Shown here piece after piece: positions 38,218 to 46,377 of a DNA stretch of 64,000 bases. The notes beneath the pieces are model-generated. The model did not search any database and had not been told where the DNA came from. It worked only from the letters and a program-made list of their open reading frames with translations. Origin of the DNA: Deltaproteobacteria bacterium HGW-Deltaproteobacteria-19. GTDB taxonomy: Bacteria; Desulfobacterota; Syntrophia; Syntrophales; PHBD01. Each line of letters starts with the position of its first letter. The stretch's first letter is position 1. Made by a program: the position numbers and the translations under genes. The stretch spans positions 55,911 through 119,910 of the forward strand of contig PHBD01000009.1 of assembly GCA_002841865.1 (NCBI GenBank). Direction: 5' to 3'.

Positions 38218-38273
38218 GCTTGCTCCGCTTCGGCATCCTGGCCCGATCGATGTTCTTTTCTTTATCGAAAATG

Positions 38274-38295
38274 TTTTTCAACAGCCTGTCTGAAA
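38274..38295. repeat. 22-nt direct repeat, copy 1 (TTTTTCAACAGCCTGTCTGAAA)
   Basis: Identical to 38413-38434. Contains the mini-palindrome ACAG-C-CTGT. Confidence 0.8.
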
Positions 38296-38412
38296 TACGA
38301 GTCCAAGGCTGTTCAAAAATGCCCGCATGCAAGGCCCCCGAAGTCCCGAGACGTGAGGCGTACTTCTGGTACGTCGATTGGCGAGGGACGAGGGAAACGC
38401 CGCAGACGGGCT

Positions 38413-38434
38413 TTTTTCAACAGCCTGTCTGAAA
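38413..38434. repeat. 22-nt direct repeat, copy 2
   Basis: Identical to 38274-38295. Flanked by the complementary runs GGGCTTTTTT and AAAAAAAGCCCC. Confidence 0.8.
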
Positions 38435-38471
38435 AAAAGCCCCGCTAGGTTCATGTCTGTTCCAGGCGGGG
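38432..38471 (-). terminator. rho-independent terminator of the desulforedoxin-fusion gene
   Basis: On the minus strand: stem CCCCGC / GCGGGG, a rather large loop of about 20 nt, then T7. Confidence 0.5.
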
Positions 38472-38508
38472 ACTTTCTTTGTGTGATCGCTTCCGCAGTA
38501 ATGAATGA

Positions 38509-38859
38509 TTACTTCTTGCCTTTGGCGACTGCTTTTTTTGCCGGTGCCTTTGGCGCCGCTGCCGCTTTTTTTGCGGCGGGTTTTTTTGCGGCAGGCTTGG
38601 CAGCAGGCTTGGCAGCAGCCTTCTTGGCTACGGCCTTCTTGGGGGCGGCCTTCTTCGCGGCGGGTGCGGCTTTGGCAGCGGTGGCCTTGGCAGCGGGCTT
38701 CGGAGCCGCTTTTTTCGCGACGACGGCTTTTGCCTTGTTCATGGGTTTTCCCTGGCAGCATAGAATCTCGCCCACGCCGGTTCTGCCATACTCATCCACC
38801 ACAACGACCAATCCGCAAACCTCGCAACGAAATTTATCTCCCTTTTTTGCCTTTGCCAT
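38509..38859 (-). CDS. desulforedoxin-domain protein with Lys/Ala/Pro-rich histone-H1-like C-terminal tail
   Basis: The N-terminal 'KGDKFRCEVCGLVVVVDEYGRTGVGEILCCQGKPM' parallels desulforedoxin '[31 protein letters not shown]' (CxxC...CC). It is followed by about 75 aa of AKKAAPKPAAK-type repeats. Confidence 0.8.
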   Translation of the reverse strand: MAKAKKGDKFRCEVCGLVVVVDEYGRTGVGEILCCQGKPMNKAKAVVAKKAAPKPAAKATAAKAAPAAKKAAPKKAVAKKAAAKPAAKPAAKKPAAKKAAAAPKAPAKKAVAKGKK

Positions 38860-38951
38860 GCGTTTATCCCTCCTTCATGGATATGGAGTTGCCCTTCCTG
38901 ACAGGGTTTCCGCGATCACTGCCTTTCTCTATACGGAAAACGGCGAGATTT

Positions 38952-39830
38952 TCAAGATGTTTTCAACCCCAGACACTGATGAATCATCATCCCGATCTCA
39001 TCAGGCCTCTCCATGGGAATCAGGTGTCCCGCTCCCTCGACCAGGCGATAGGCGCCGCGCGGGAAGTGGCTTGCGGCTTTTTTCAGATCGATGAAGGAGC
39101 GATTTTCACTCTTCTCTCCCTCGATCACAAGAACCGGACAGGACACCTTTTCCAGGAACGGCCAGGGATTCAGGCGGTTTCCCCCCATGAACAGCGCCGC
39201 TTCCCGCCTGGGTGAGCAGGCCAGTTGCAGGCCGCCCGCGTCGGTTTCAAGAAAGCCGTACCGGATGTAGAGGTCCAGCATTTCCTCGTCCCAGGCCTCG
39301 AAAATTTTTCTGGAGCGAAGGTATTCCTTCACCTCCGCCGCGTCATGCCAGCCGTTCCGCCGTTTGATGGATTTGGAAGCCAGCGGGTGGTCTTCCACCC
39401 GCAAGTTCATCTCGTAGATCCCCTCGGGGAGAAAGATCGGCTCGATCAGGACGAGGCCCCGGGGAGCGAGACCGAACTTGGCGGCCGCAATGGTCATGAT
39501 GGTGGCGCCCATGGAATGGCCGACCAGGTATGGCCTGTCCAGGTGAAGCTGCCGGCAGAAAGTGGCCAGATCCTCGGCCAGGGTTTCCCAGGGGAGCCCC
39601 CCTTCGTCGGGATCCGCCGGGCGATGGTCGCAGAAATAGGGGGCCAGAACGCGGCAGGCCGGGGCAAGCCCCCGGGCGATGGGGTGCCACAGCCAGGGAA
39701 GGAAGCCCGTGGCGTGGAGCATGACCACGTCGGGCTCGCCCCCTTCATAGTAGAGATAATCCAGCCCGGCCCCCTCAACGGTTGTCCTGCGGACTTCCGG
39801 GAAAGGGTCTCGGTCTGCTCTTCCCGTCAT
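38952..39830 (-). CDS. alpha/beta hydrolase
   Basis: Nucleophile elbow 'VGHSMGA', and 'VVMLHATGF' in the oxyanion region. 292 aa. Confidence 0.8.
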   Translation of the reverse strand: MTGRADRDPFPEVRRTTVEGAGLDYLYYEGGEPDVVMLHATGFLPWLWHPIARGLAPACRVLAPYFCDHRPADPDEGGLPWETLAEDLATFCRQLHLDRPYLVGHSMGATIMTIAAAKFGLAPRGLVLIEPIFLPEGIYEMNLRVEDHPLASKSIKRRNGWHDAAEVKEYLRSRKIFEAWDEEMLDLYIRYGFLETDAGGLQLACSPRREAALFMGGNRLNPWPFLEKVSCPVLVIEGEKSENRSFIDLKKAASHFPRGAYRLVEGAGHLIPMERPDEIGMMIHQCLGLKTS

Positions 39831-40505
39831 GACCCGTTCACCCAGGTGACGATTTCCCCCATATCCGCCCGTTCCCGCGGAAACCGGTTCAGCGGTGCTT
39901 CATCGTCGGGTTGGCCGAGGACCACGCCCACGACGATCCGCTGCTCCTTCCGCACGGGAAGGAGTTTCCGGATCATGTCCGGATAGCTGACGGCGCAGGC
40001 CAGGATGCAGCTTCCCAGGTCCCGATCCCTGGCCAGGAGGCAGATCGTCTGGAGAAGCAGCCCGCAGTCCAGCATGGCGTATCCCTCCGGCAGGCTGCGG
40101 TCGGTGCACAGGATCAGAAGGACCGGGGCATCGAAAAGGGAAAACATGCGCACAGCGTAATCAAGACGCGCCTGCTTGTCCTCCCGCGGGATGGACTGTG
40201 CCTCCAGCACGACCCGGCCGGTGCCCGTGTAACGCCTCTTCAGGGCCTCCGGCCATTCCTGGGGCATCGGCGCTTCCGGTACGGCGGGAACACCCTTCAG
40301 GATTCAGGAAATTTTCACGATTCCCGGATCGGAAGGCCTCCAGTGCCTCGCCGGTGACCACGAAGATCTCCCAGGGCTGGGTGTTCCCCCAGGATGGGGC
40401 GTAGCAGGCGTCCTGCAGGATTTCCCCGATCAGCTCCCGGGGAACCGCTTCCCTGCGAAACTGGCGAATGCTCCGTCTTTCCCGGACGGCGGTGCGTAGT
40501 TCCAT
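39827..40505 (-). pseudogene. nitroreductase family gene split by a frameshift
   Basis: The N-terminal part (40505->40161, 'RRSIRQFRREAVPRELIGEILQDACYAPSWGNTQPWEIFVV') and the C-terminal part (40267->39827) are in different frames. Read upstream of its ATG, the C-terminal frame gives '..KGVPAVPEAPMPQEW', continuous with 'RENFLNPEG' of the N-terminal frame. Confidence 0.7.
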
Positions 40506-40516
40506 CGTGCTTCCTC

Positions 40517-41944
40517 CTACTTCGTTTTCTTTTTTTTCAGGGTGATGAAGAAGTTGCTGTCTCCACGGCGAAAGAGGATCAGCAGTGAGTCTTCCTCCTT
40601 CACGCCCGCCGTTGCCTGAAGGTAATCCTTCATTGACCGGATCTCCGTCCGGTTCACCCGGAGAATAATATCCTGCGGCTGAATTCCCGCCTCCTCGGCA
40701 GGGCTGCCATCGGTTACCCGGGTCACGATGACTCCGGCCTTCTCGGCCATTCCGAAGTGACGTGCCATTTCCGGGGTGATCTCCTGGACGGTCATTCCGA
40801 ACTGCTCGCTTCCCTTGCCGATGCGGGCGATTTCCCGGGCATCCTTGCGCTCGCCGACCGTCGCTTCGACGGTCCGTTCCCGGCCGTCCCGGACGATCTT
40901 GAGGGCCACTTTCCGGCCCACCTGGAGGGTCGCCACGTGACGAAGGAGATCATGGGTGTTGCGGACGGCCTTTCCGCCGACCTCGACGATTAAGTCGCCC
41001 GTCTTGATGCCCGCCCGGTCCGCCGGCTCGCCCGGGAAGACGTCTCCCACCAGGGCTCCCTGTTTCCCGGTGATTTTCAGGCTGGCGGCCATCTCATCCG
41101 TCAGATCCTGAACGGAGACGCCGAGCCAGCCGCGGGTGACCTTGCCCTTCGTCTTCAGGTCGTTGTAGATTTCCTTCGCCATGTTGACGGGGACGGCAAA
41201 GCCGATTCCCTGCCCCTGGGCGACAATGGCCGTATTGATCCCCACGACTTCGCCCTTCAGGTTGAACAGCGGGCCGCCGGAGTTGCCCGGATTGATGGAG
41301 GCGTCCGTCTGGATAAACTCATCGTAGGGACCCGCGCCGATGGAGCGCGCCTTGGCGCTGACAATCCCCGCCGTCACGGTTTGTTCGAGTCCGAAGGGGT
41401 TTCCAATGGCGAGGACCCAGTCGCCGACTCTGAGTTTGTCGGAATCGCCCAGGACGGCCGTCGGCAGATCACCGTCCGGCTTGATCTTGATGAGGGCGAT
41501 GTCCGTGTTGGCGTCCCGGCCGACGATCTCCGCCGGGTACTCCTTCCCGCCGGCCAGCTTCACCAGGATCTTGTCCGCTCCGGCGATCACGTGGTTGTTG
41601 GTGAAGATGTAACCGTCCCGGGAGATAATGAAGCCAGAGCCGAGTCCCCGCTGGCGGTATTCCCGGTTCGGCTGATCGCCGAAGAAACGGCGGTAGAAGT
41701 CGTCTCCGAAAAAGGGGTTCTGGGGCATGGCGCCGAACGAGCCGGCGCGCCCACTTTTCACGGTTTTCGTTGTGCTGATGTTGACCACGGCCGGGCTGAG
41801 CCGCTCCGCCAGATCGGCGAAGCCGCCGGACACCACACTGGCGGCTGCCGGAGCCGCATCGACCGTTGCGGCCGGAATGCCGGGGGCGAAGAGAATCGTT
41901 CCGGCCAGGAACAGGCAGTACAGGAAACTTCTTTTGATGCGCAT
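40517..41944 (-). CDS. periplasmic serine endoprotease, HtrA/DegP/DegQ family (two PDZ domains)
   Basis: Signal peptide 'MRIKRSFLYCLFLAGTILFAPG', 'TNNHV' (His), 'DIALIK' (Asp) and 'GNSGGPL' (Ser). Two C-terminal PDZ-like segments. Start at the internal ATG 41944. Confidence 0.9.
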   Translation of the reverse strand: MRIKRSFLYCLFLAGTILFAPGIPAATVDAAPAAASVVSGGFADLAERLSPAVVNISTTKTVKSGRAGSFGAMPQNPFFGDDFYRRFFGDQPNREYRQRGLGSGFIISRDGYIFTNNHVIAGADKILVKLAGGKEYPAEIVGRDANTDIALIKIKPDGDLPTAVLGDSDKLRVGDWVLAIGNPFGLEQTVTAGIVSAKARSIGAGPYDEFIQTDASINPGNSGGPLFNLKGEVVGINTAIVAQGQGIGFAVPVNMAKEIYNDLKTKGKVTRGWLGVSVQDLTDEMAASLKITGKQGALVGDVFPGEPADRAGIKTGDLIVEVGGKAVRNTHDLLRHVATLQVGRKVALKIVRDGRERTVEATVGERKDAREIARIGKGSEQFGMTVQEITPEMARHFGMAEKAGVIVTRVTDGSPAEEAGIQPQDIILRVNRTEIRSMKDYLQATAGVKEEDSLLILFRRGDSNFFITLKKKKTK

Positions 41945-42030
41945 GTCAAGCCTCCCTGGAGTGTTGTTTTTCTTCCGCGGCCGGTTCGGCCGTGACGGCT
42001 CCATTTCATATCATATTCCGGTCCGGAACC

Positions 42031-42055
42031 AAAAAAAAACAGCCCCCGCGGGGGA
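42031..42055 (-). terminator. rho-independent terminator after the rubrerythrin-like gene
   Basis: On the minus strand: AGCCCCCGCGGGGGCT GC-rich hairpin followed by a T9 run. Confidence 0.7.
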
Positions 42056-42110
42056 TCCAGCCGATCCGATTCCCCGTGGAGGCCTCGTTCCTTATTGTCG
42101 ACAGTTTCCG

Positions 42111-42578
42111 TTATCCCCCTGCGGTCTGCGGAAAGGCCGTATTGGTGTAAAGGTACTCGACCTTTTCCTTGTGTTTAAGCTCCTCCCTGGCCATCCGGAG
42201 GAGCATGTCCTTCACGGCTCCACCGGGATGAATGGCCGCCAGTTCCTGATAGAGGTTGTGGGCCGCCAGTTCTTTTGCCGCCGCCACGAGGTAGACGTCC
42301 CGCGTGGTCATCCCTTTGCGGATCTCCGGTCGCTCCGTGTGTTCGACCACCCTGTAGTCGGTGATCCGGCTCGCATCCGCCATGAGTTCGTAGAAGCCTC
42401 CCTCCCGGTAGCGCATCAGGTAGGCCTTGTGTCCCTTCTCTTCTTCCGCGAGAAACAGCAAGGTATCCTTCGCTTCCGTGTCCTCCACGAGTTCGTGAAG
42501 CTGCACATAGAACCGGTAAGCCTCCTCTTCGTTTTGGATGGCTCTCTCCAGAACGGCATCCATTGCTTTGTTTGTCAT
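42111..42578 (-). CDS. ferritin-like diiron protein (rubrerythrin family, no rubredoxin domain)
   Basis: Two ExxH motifs ('AEEEKGH', 'REELKHKE') in a four-helix-bundle-sized 155-aa protein. AGGAGG RBS. Confidence 0.75.
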   Translation of the reverse strand: MTNKAMDAVLERAIQNEEEAYRFYVQLHELVEDTEAKDTLLFLAEEEKGHKAYLMRYREGGFYELMADASRITDYRVVEHTERPEIRKGMTTRDVYLVAAAKELAAHNLYQELAAIHPGGAVKDMLLRMAREELKHKEKVEYLYTNTAFPQTAGG

Positions 42579-42649
42579 CGCGCGCCGGTTCCTCCTTCAT
42601 TACAAGCTGCCATCCCTACCATGCCCCGCTCCCGGTGGGGTTAGACACC

Positions 42650-42859
42650 TCACGACCCTCCATAGCCGACGCTTATCTTCTCCCCTTCCACGATGACGGG
42701 CACCTTGCGAACTCCTCCCGCCAGCACCAGCATGTCACGGAGTGCGTTGGGATCGGACTTTACGTCCAGGTAAACCGCCCGGTTTCCGAAGGCCTCCCTG
42801 GCCCGGTCCGTATACGGTCAACCAGCCTTGCCGAAGATGCGTACGGGCTGTCCTGCCAT
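42650..42859 (-). CDS. glutaredoxin/NrdH-like thioredoxin-fold protein with in-frame TGA (candidate selenocysteine) at the active site
   Basis: Own translation of the minus strand: MAGQPVRIFGKAG[TGA]PYTDRAREAFGNRAVYLDVKSDPNALRDMLVLAGGVRKVPVIVEGEKISVGYGGS*. The TGA (42818-42820) sits where the first Cys of CPYC lies. A hairpin lies 3' of it. Not in the ORF track. Confidence 0.65.
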
Positions 42860-42878
42860 CGTGCCGTTCCTTTCTTCC

Positions 42879-43364
42879 TCAGTATTCGGAGAGGTGGGAA
42901 AGCCCCCGCTCGCCCACGAGGATGATCCGTGTGTGATTTAGCCGCGATGCCAGGACCTTGCCGATGGATTTCATGACTTTGAAGCCCATCGGGCAGTCCT
43001 CTTCCATCAGTTCTCTCAGTTTCGGCGCGTCGATGGCGATGAAGGCTGATTCGTCGATGCAAAGGGCTCCCAGGGTATAGATGAACGGGTCCACTGCGGC
43101 GGACCAACCCATGGACTCTCCCTTGGTGATAATATCCAGCGTCACCTGGAGCGGCGGCTTGTGGGGCCCCACGTAGCTGTCCAGGACCAGGATGATCTTG
43201 CCCTTGGTTACGAGAAAGAGATATGCCGCCGGGTCCCCTTTCTTGTACATCTGCGCACCTGCCGGGTAGGCCTGTTCTTCTGCGATCGTTGCAAGTTTTT
43301 CCAGTTCCGCATCGGTGAACTCTGAGAAGAAATCAAACTGTTTCAACTGGCCGGCTGAAATCAT
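42879..43364 (-). CDS. stand-alone cyclic nucleotide-binding domain protein
   Basis: 'FDFFSEFTDAELEKLATIAEEQAYPAGAQMYKKGDPAAYLFLVTKGKI' has the typical cNMP-binding beta-barrel layout. 161 aa. Confidence 0.75.
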   Translation of the reverse strand: MISAGQLKQFDFFSEFTDAELEKLATIAEEQAYPAGAQMYKKGDPAAYLFLVTKGKIILVLDSYVGPHKPPLQVTLDIITKGESMGWSAAVDPFIYTLGALCIDESAFIAIDAPKLRELMEEDCPMGFKVMKSIGKVLASRLNHTRIILVGERGLSHLSEY

Positions 43365-43543
43365 CGCATGGTCCTCCTTTCATCGGATTCAATTCGAGCA
43401 TAGCAATGTTTTTTTTCGAATGCCATTCCTTTCGTAGAATCTCTCCGGTCCCCTGCTATTGTCGCCTGATTGCCGATGTGTTAAAAGCGTTCACCGTCCT
43501 TGGGGTTGGACCCGAGGCCGGTTGAGCCCGCACGGAGCAGCCC

Positions 43544-44893
43544 ATGTCCCCGATGAATCTCTGGATGGTCTGGATGGTCCTTCTGACGTCCCTTCCCGTC
43601 CCTGCCGGTCCTCCGATCCAGGACATTCAGCACCTGAAACAGGATCACGCCGCCTATCTGCAGGCTGCTTCCGCGGATGTGGCCCTCCTCCCGCCGGAAG
43701 AGCAGCTTCGTCAGGATCAGCGTTACAACGCCCGCTTCTTTTCACCCTGGCATCGCACGAGCCCCCGTTACACAAGGGAAGAGGTGGAGGAGGAATTCCG
43801 CGAGGGATTCGGAAAGACCGGGTTCGGGGAAAACAGGCGGCCCCACGATCCGGCCTGGGTGCGGCAGGTGTACGCGAATGCGCAGCTGGAGGGCTATCCC
43901 AATTCGGGCCGGAGGGCCATCACCGTCGTCAATGCCCACATGCGAACCATTCCCACCCGGAAACCCCACTTCCGCTTCTGCGGCCCTGTAGCCTGCGACT
44001 ATCCTTTCGACCGGTTCCAGCAGACCCTGGTTGCCGCCAACACGCCCCTCTGGGTATCCCATGCAAGTGCCGACGGCGCCTGGCTCCTGGCGGAGACTGG
44101 ATTCACCTACGGCTGGATTCCCGCCCGGGAGGCCGCCTGGGTGGACGACGCGTTCGTGCGGCGATGGGAAGCGGGACGCTACGCAGCCGTGATGCATGAC
44201 GGGACACCTTTTTATTCCATCAATGGCCGCTTCCTCTTCAAGGCGGACCTGGGCATGATGTTCCCGGAGGAGGGACCGATCGGCGGTCCGCATCTCGTCC
44301 TGGCGGCCGTTGCAGACGAGGAGGGTCGGGCCGTGATCCGGCAGGTTGTGCTTCCGGAGGAAGCGGCCGCGGTCAAGCCCCTGCCTCTGACCCGGAAGAA
44401 CCTGGCCCGGGCGGCCAATGTCCTGGTCGGACAGCACTACGGCTGGGGCGGGATGTACGAAAACCGGGACTGCTCCGCCATGATCCGGGACCTCTTCGCC
44501 CCTTTCGGGATCTGGCTCCCCCGGAACTCGAAGGACCAGGCCCGGGAGGGGGGACGCTGGATCGACCTGTCCATGCTGAAGGCGGTCGAGAAGGAGCGGG
44601 TGATCCGGCGGGACGGCGTACCGTACCTGACACTGCTGTACATGAAGGGGCACATCATGCTCTACATGGGTGTGCATGACGACGCTGTGCTGGTATTCCA
44701 CAATTTCTGGAGCGTCCGGACGAAAGGAAAGGCGAAATCGCAACGAAGGCAGATCGTCGGCCAGGCGGCCATCACCACGCTACGGCCCGGCGGAGTCCGC
44801 CATGGTAAGGGGAAGGATGGATACCTGCGGGGTCTTCTCGGCATGACCTTCCTGACCGCTCCGGAGTCGATGACGGGAAAACGGGGGGAATGA
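43544..44893 (+). CDS. NlpC/P60 (C40) family cell-wall peptidase with N-terminal accessory domains
   Basis: Signal peptide, then 'GQHYGWGGMYENRDCSAMIRDLF' (catalytic Cys) and a later 'GHIMLYMG' (His). Confidence 0.8.
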   Translation: MSPMNLWMVWMVLLTSLPVPAGPPIQDIQHLKQDHAAYLQAASADVALLPPEEQLRQDQRYNARFFSPWHRTSPRYTREEVEEEFREGFGKTGFGENRRPHDPAWVRQVYANAQLEGYPNSGRRAITVVNAHMRTIPTRKPHFRFCGPVACDYPFDRFQQTLVAANTPLWVSHASADGAWLLAETGFTYGWIPAREAAWVDDAFVRRWEAGRYAAVMHDGTPFYSINGRFLFKADLGMMFPEEGPIGGPHLVLAAVADEEGRAVIRQVVLPEEAAAVKPLPLTRKNLARAANVLVGQHYGWGGMYENRDCSAMIRDLFAPFGIWLPRNSKDQAREGGRWIDLSMLKAVEKERVIRRDGVPYLTLLYMKGHIMLYMGVHDDAVLVFHNFWSVRTKGKAKSQRRQIVGQAAITTLRPGGVRHGKGKDGYLRGLLGMTFLTAPESMTGKRGE

Positions 44894-45810
44894 TGAAACA
44901 ACGCGCGCCATCAGGGAGAAAAAAGCCACCGGTTCCTTTGCCGTCGGGTACTGATTCTTCGGTCTTGATCAAGTACCGCCTCACCATCGAGTACGATGGC
45001 ACCGGCTACCGGGGCTGGCAGATCCAGGAGAATGCCCGGACGGTCCAGGGAACTCTGCTTGCGGCGGCCCGGGAGCTCTTCGGCGGGCCGGTGGAAATCC
45101 AGGGATCCGGTCGGACCGACGCCGGGGTTCATGCCCTCGGGCAGGCAGCCCATCTTGTCGCTTCCCGCAGGATGCCCCCGGACAGGCTTCGCCAGGGACT
45201 CAACGATCTCCTGCCTTCGGGGATCTGCATCCTCCGGGCGGAGGAGACGGACCCGCATTTCCATGCCCGGAGGGACGCCGTCTCCCGGAGCTACCTCTAT
45301 ATCCTCTCACGGGAGCGGACCGCCTTCGGCAAACGCTACGTCTGGTGGATCCGGGACCGCCTGGATACGAGGGTGATGCAATCCGCTGCCCGGGTTTTTG
45401 AGGGCTTTCACGATTTTTCCTCCTTCGCCGACCGCCGGATGGACGGGAAGACGTCCTCCCGGGTCAAGGTGGAGAGTGTGGAGTTTCAGGAGCAGGGAGA
45501 CCTGATTCTATTCCGGGTCCGGGGTTCCCATTTCCTCTGGAAGATGGTGCGGCGCATCGTGGGGACCCTGGTGGAGGTGGGGCGGGGAAAACTGAGCGAA
45601 GCGGATCTGAAAAGGATGCTGGAGGAACGATCGGATCTCCCGGCGAGGCTGACAGCTCCTCCTTCGGGCCTCTTCCTGGAGGAGGTCCTCTACGCCGGTG
45701 AGCGTTCAACCCGGGAGGGGGAGCCCTCCCCGCCGCTTCCGGTCACACTGGGGGCCATTCCTCGCGGGACGCGGGGAAGGTCCCGACGTGCACCGGGAAA
45801 GCCCCGCTGA
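44890..45810 (+). CDS. truA: tRNA pseudouridine(38-40) synthase
   Basis: 'YRLTIEYDGTGYRGWQIQ', 'GSGRTDAGVHALGQ' (catalytic Asp) and 'GSHFLWKMVRRIVG'. N- and C-terminal extensions make the start uncertain. Confidence 0.85.
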   Translation: MMKQRAPSGRKKPPVPLPSGTDSSVLIKYRLTIEYDGTGYRGWQIQENARTVQGTLLAAARELFGGPVEIQGSGRTDAGVHALGQAAHLVASRRMPPDRLRQGLNDLLPSGICILRAEETDPHFHARRDAVSRSYLYILSRERTAFGKRYVWWIRDRLDTRVMQSAARVFEGFHDFSSFADRRMDGKTSSRVKVESVEFQEQGDLILFRVRGSHFLWKMVRRIVGTLVEVGRGKLSEADLKRMLEERSDLPARLTAPPSGLFLEEVLYAGERSTREGEPSPPLPVTLGAIPRGTRGRSRRAPGKPR

Positions 45811-45905
45811 TTCAAGACGGGAGATGACGCAAGCGAAGCGCCGGAGGCGGAGCGGATTACAGCCGACCCCTTGTCCCTGGCAGCGGGACCGAATGGAGGT
45901 GTCCC

Positions 45906-46265
45906 ATGGCTTCCTTCCTGGCGGACGGAGTGATCCTCCTTCACGGGGCCTTTGTCCTGTTCGCCGTCTTCGGCGGTCTGCTTGCTCTTCGTCGGCCCTG
46001 GTGGCGATGGATCCACCTGCCGGCCGCCGCCTGGGCCGCCCTGGTGGAGTTGGCGGGTTGGACCTGTCCCCTGACCTTCCTCGAAGATTTCCTCCGGGGA
46101 GTGGGAACCGGGCAACCATCGCCGGACTTCATCGACCGCGTCGTCGGTGGGCTGATCTATCCGTCGGGTCTGACCCGCCGGCACCAGATCCTGCTCGGGT
46201 TTGCCGTGGTGGGGTTCAATCTGGCCGTCTATGGGTGGGTAGCCTGGAGAAGAAGAAAACGTTGA
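45906..46265 (+). CDS. DUF2784-like small membrane protein
   Basis: 119 aa. 'LLHGAFVLFAVFGGLL...WIHLPAAAWAALVELAGWTCPLTFLE' matches my recollection of the DUF2784 pattern. Confidence 0.6.
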   Translation: MASFLADGVILLHGAFVLFAVFGGLLALRRPWWRWIHLPAAAWAALVELAGWTCPLTFLEDFLRGVGTGQPSPDFIDRVVGGLIYPSGLTRRHQILLGFAVVGFNLAVYGWVAWRRRKR

Positions 46266-46327
46266 GCGTCCGCACAACCCGGACTCCTTCGTCGGGCGAG
46301 CGCGGAATGCAGCCAGGCAAACAAGGC

Positions 46328-46365
46328 GTCGATCCCCGAAGAGCTTTGGGCTTCCGGGGATCGAC
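46328..46365. terminator. strong hairpin between convergent genes (no clear U-tract)
   Basis: GTCGATCCCCGAAG-(9 nt)-CTTCCGGGGATCGAC, a 14-15 bp near-perfect inverted repeat. Confidence 0.5.
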
Positions 46366-46377
46366 CGGCGAAATCCG

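Noticed and set aside
38378-39215. Ala/Phe-rich plus-strand ORFs opposite the desulforedoxin-fusion gene
   Set aside because: They are the reverse complement of the Lys/Ala/Pro repeat coding sequence (AAG/GCC read as CTT/GGC). The minus-strand reading has a genuine desulforedoxin domain.
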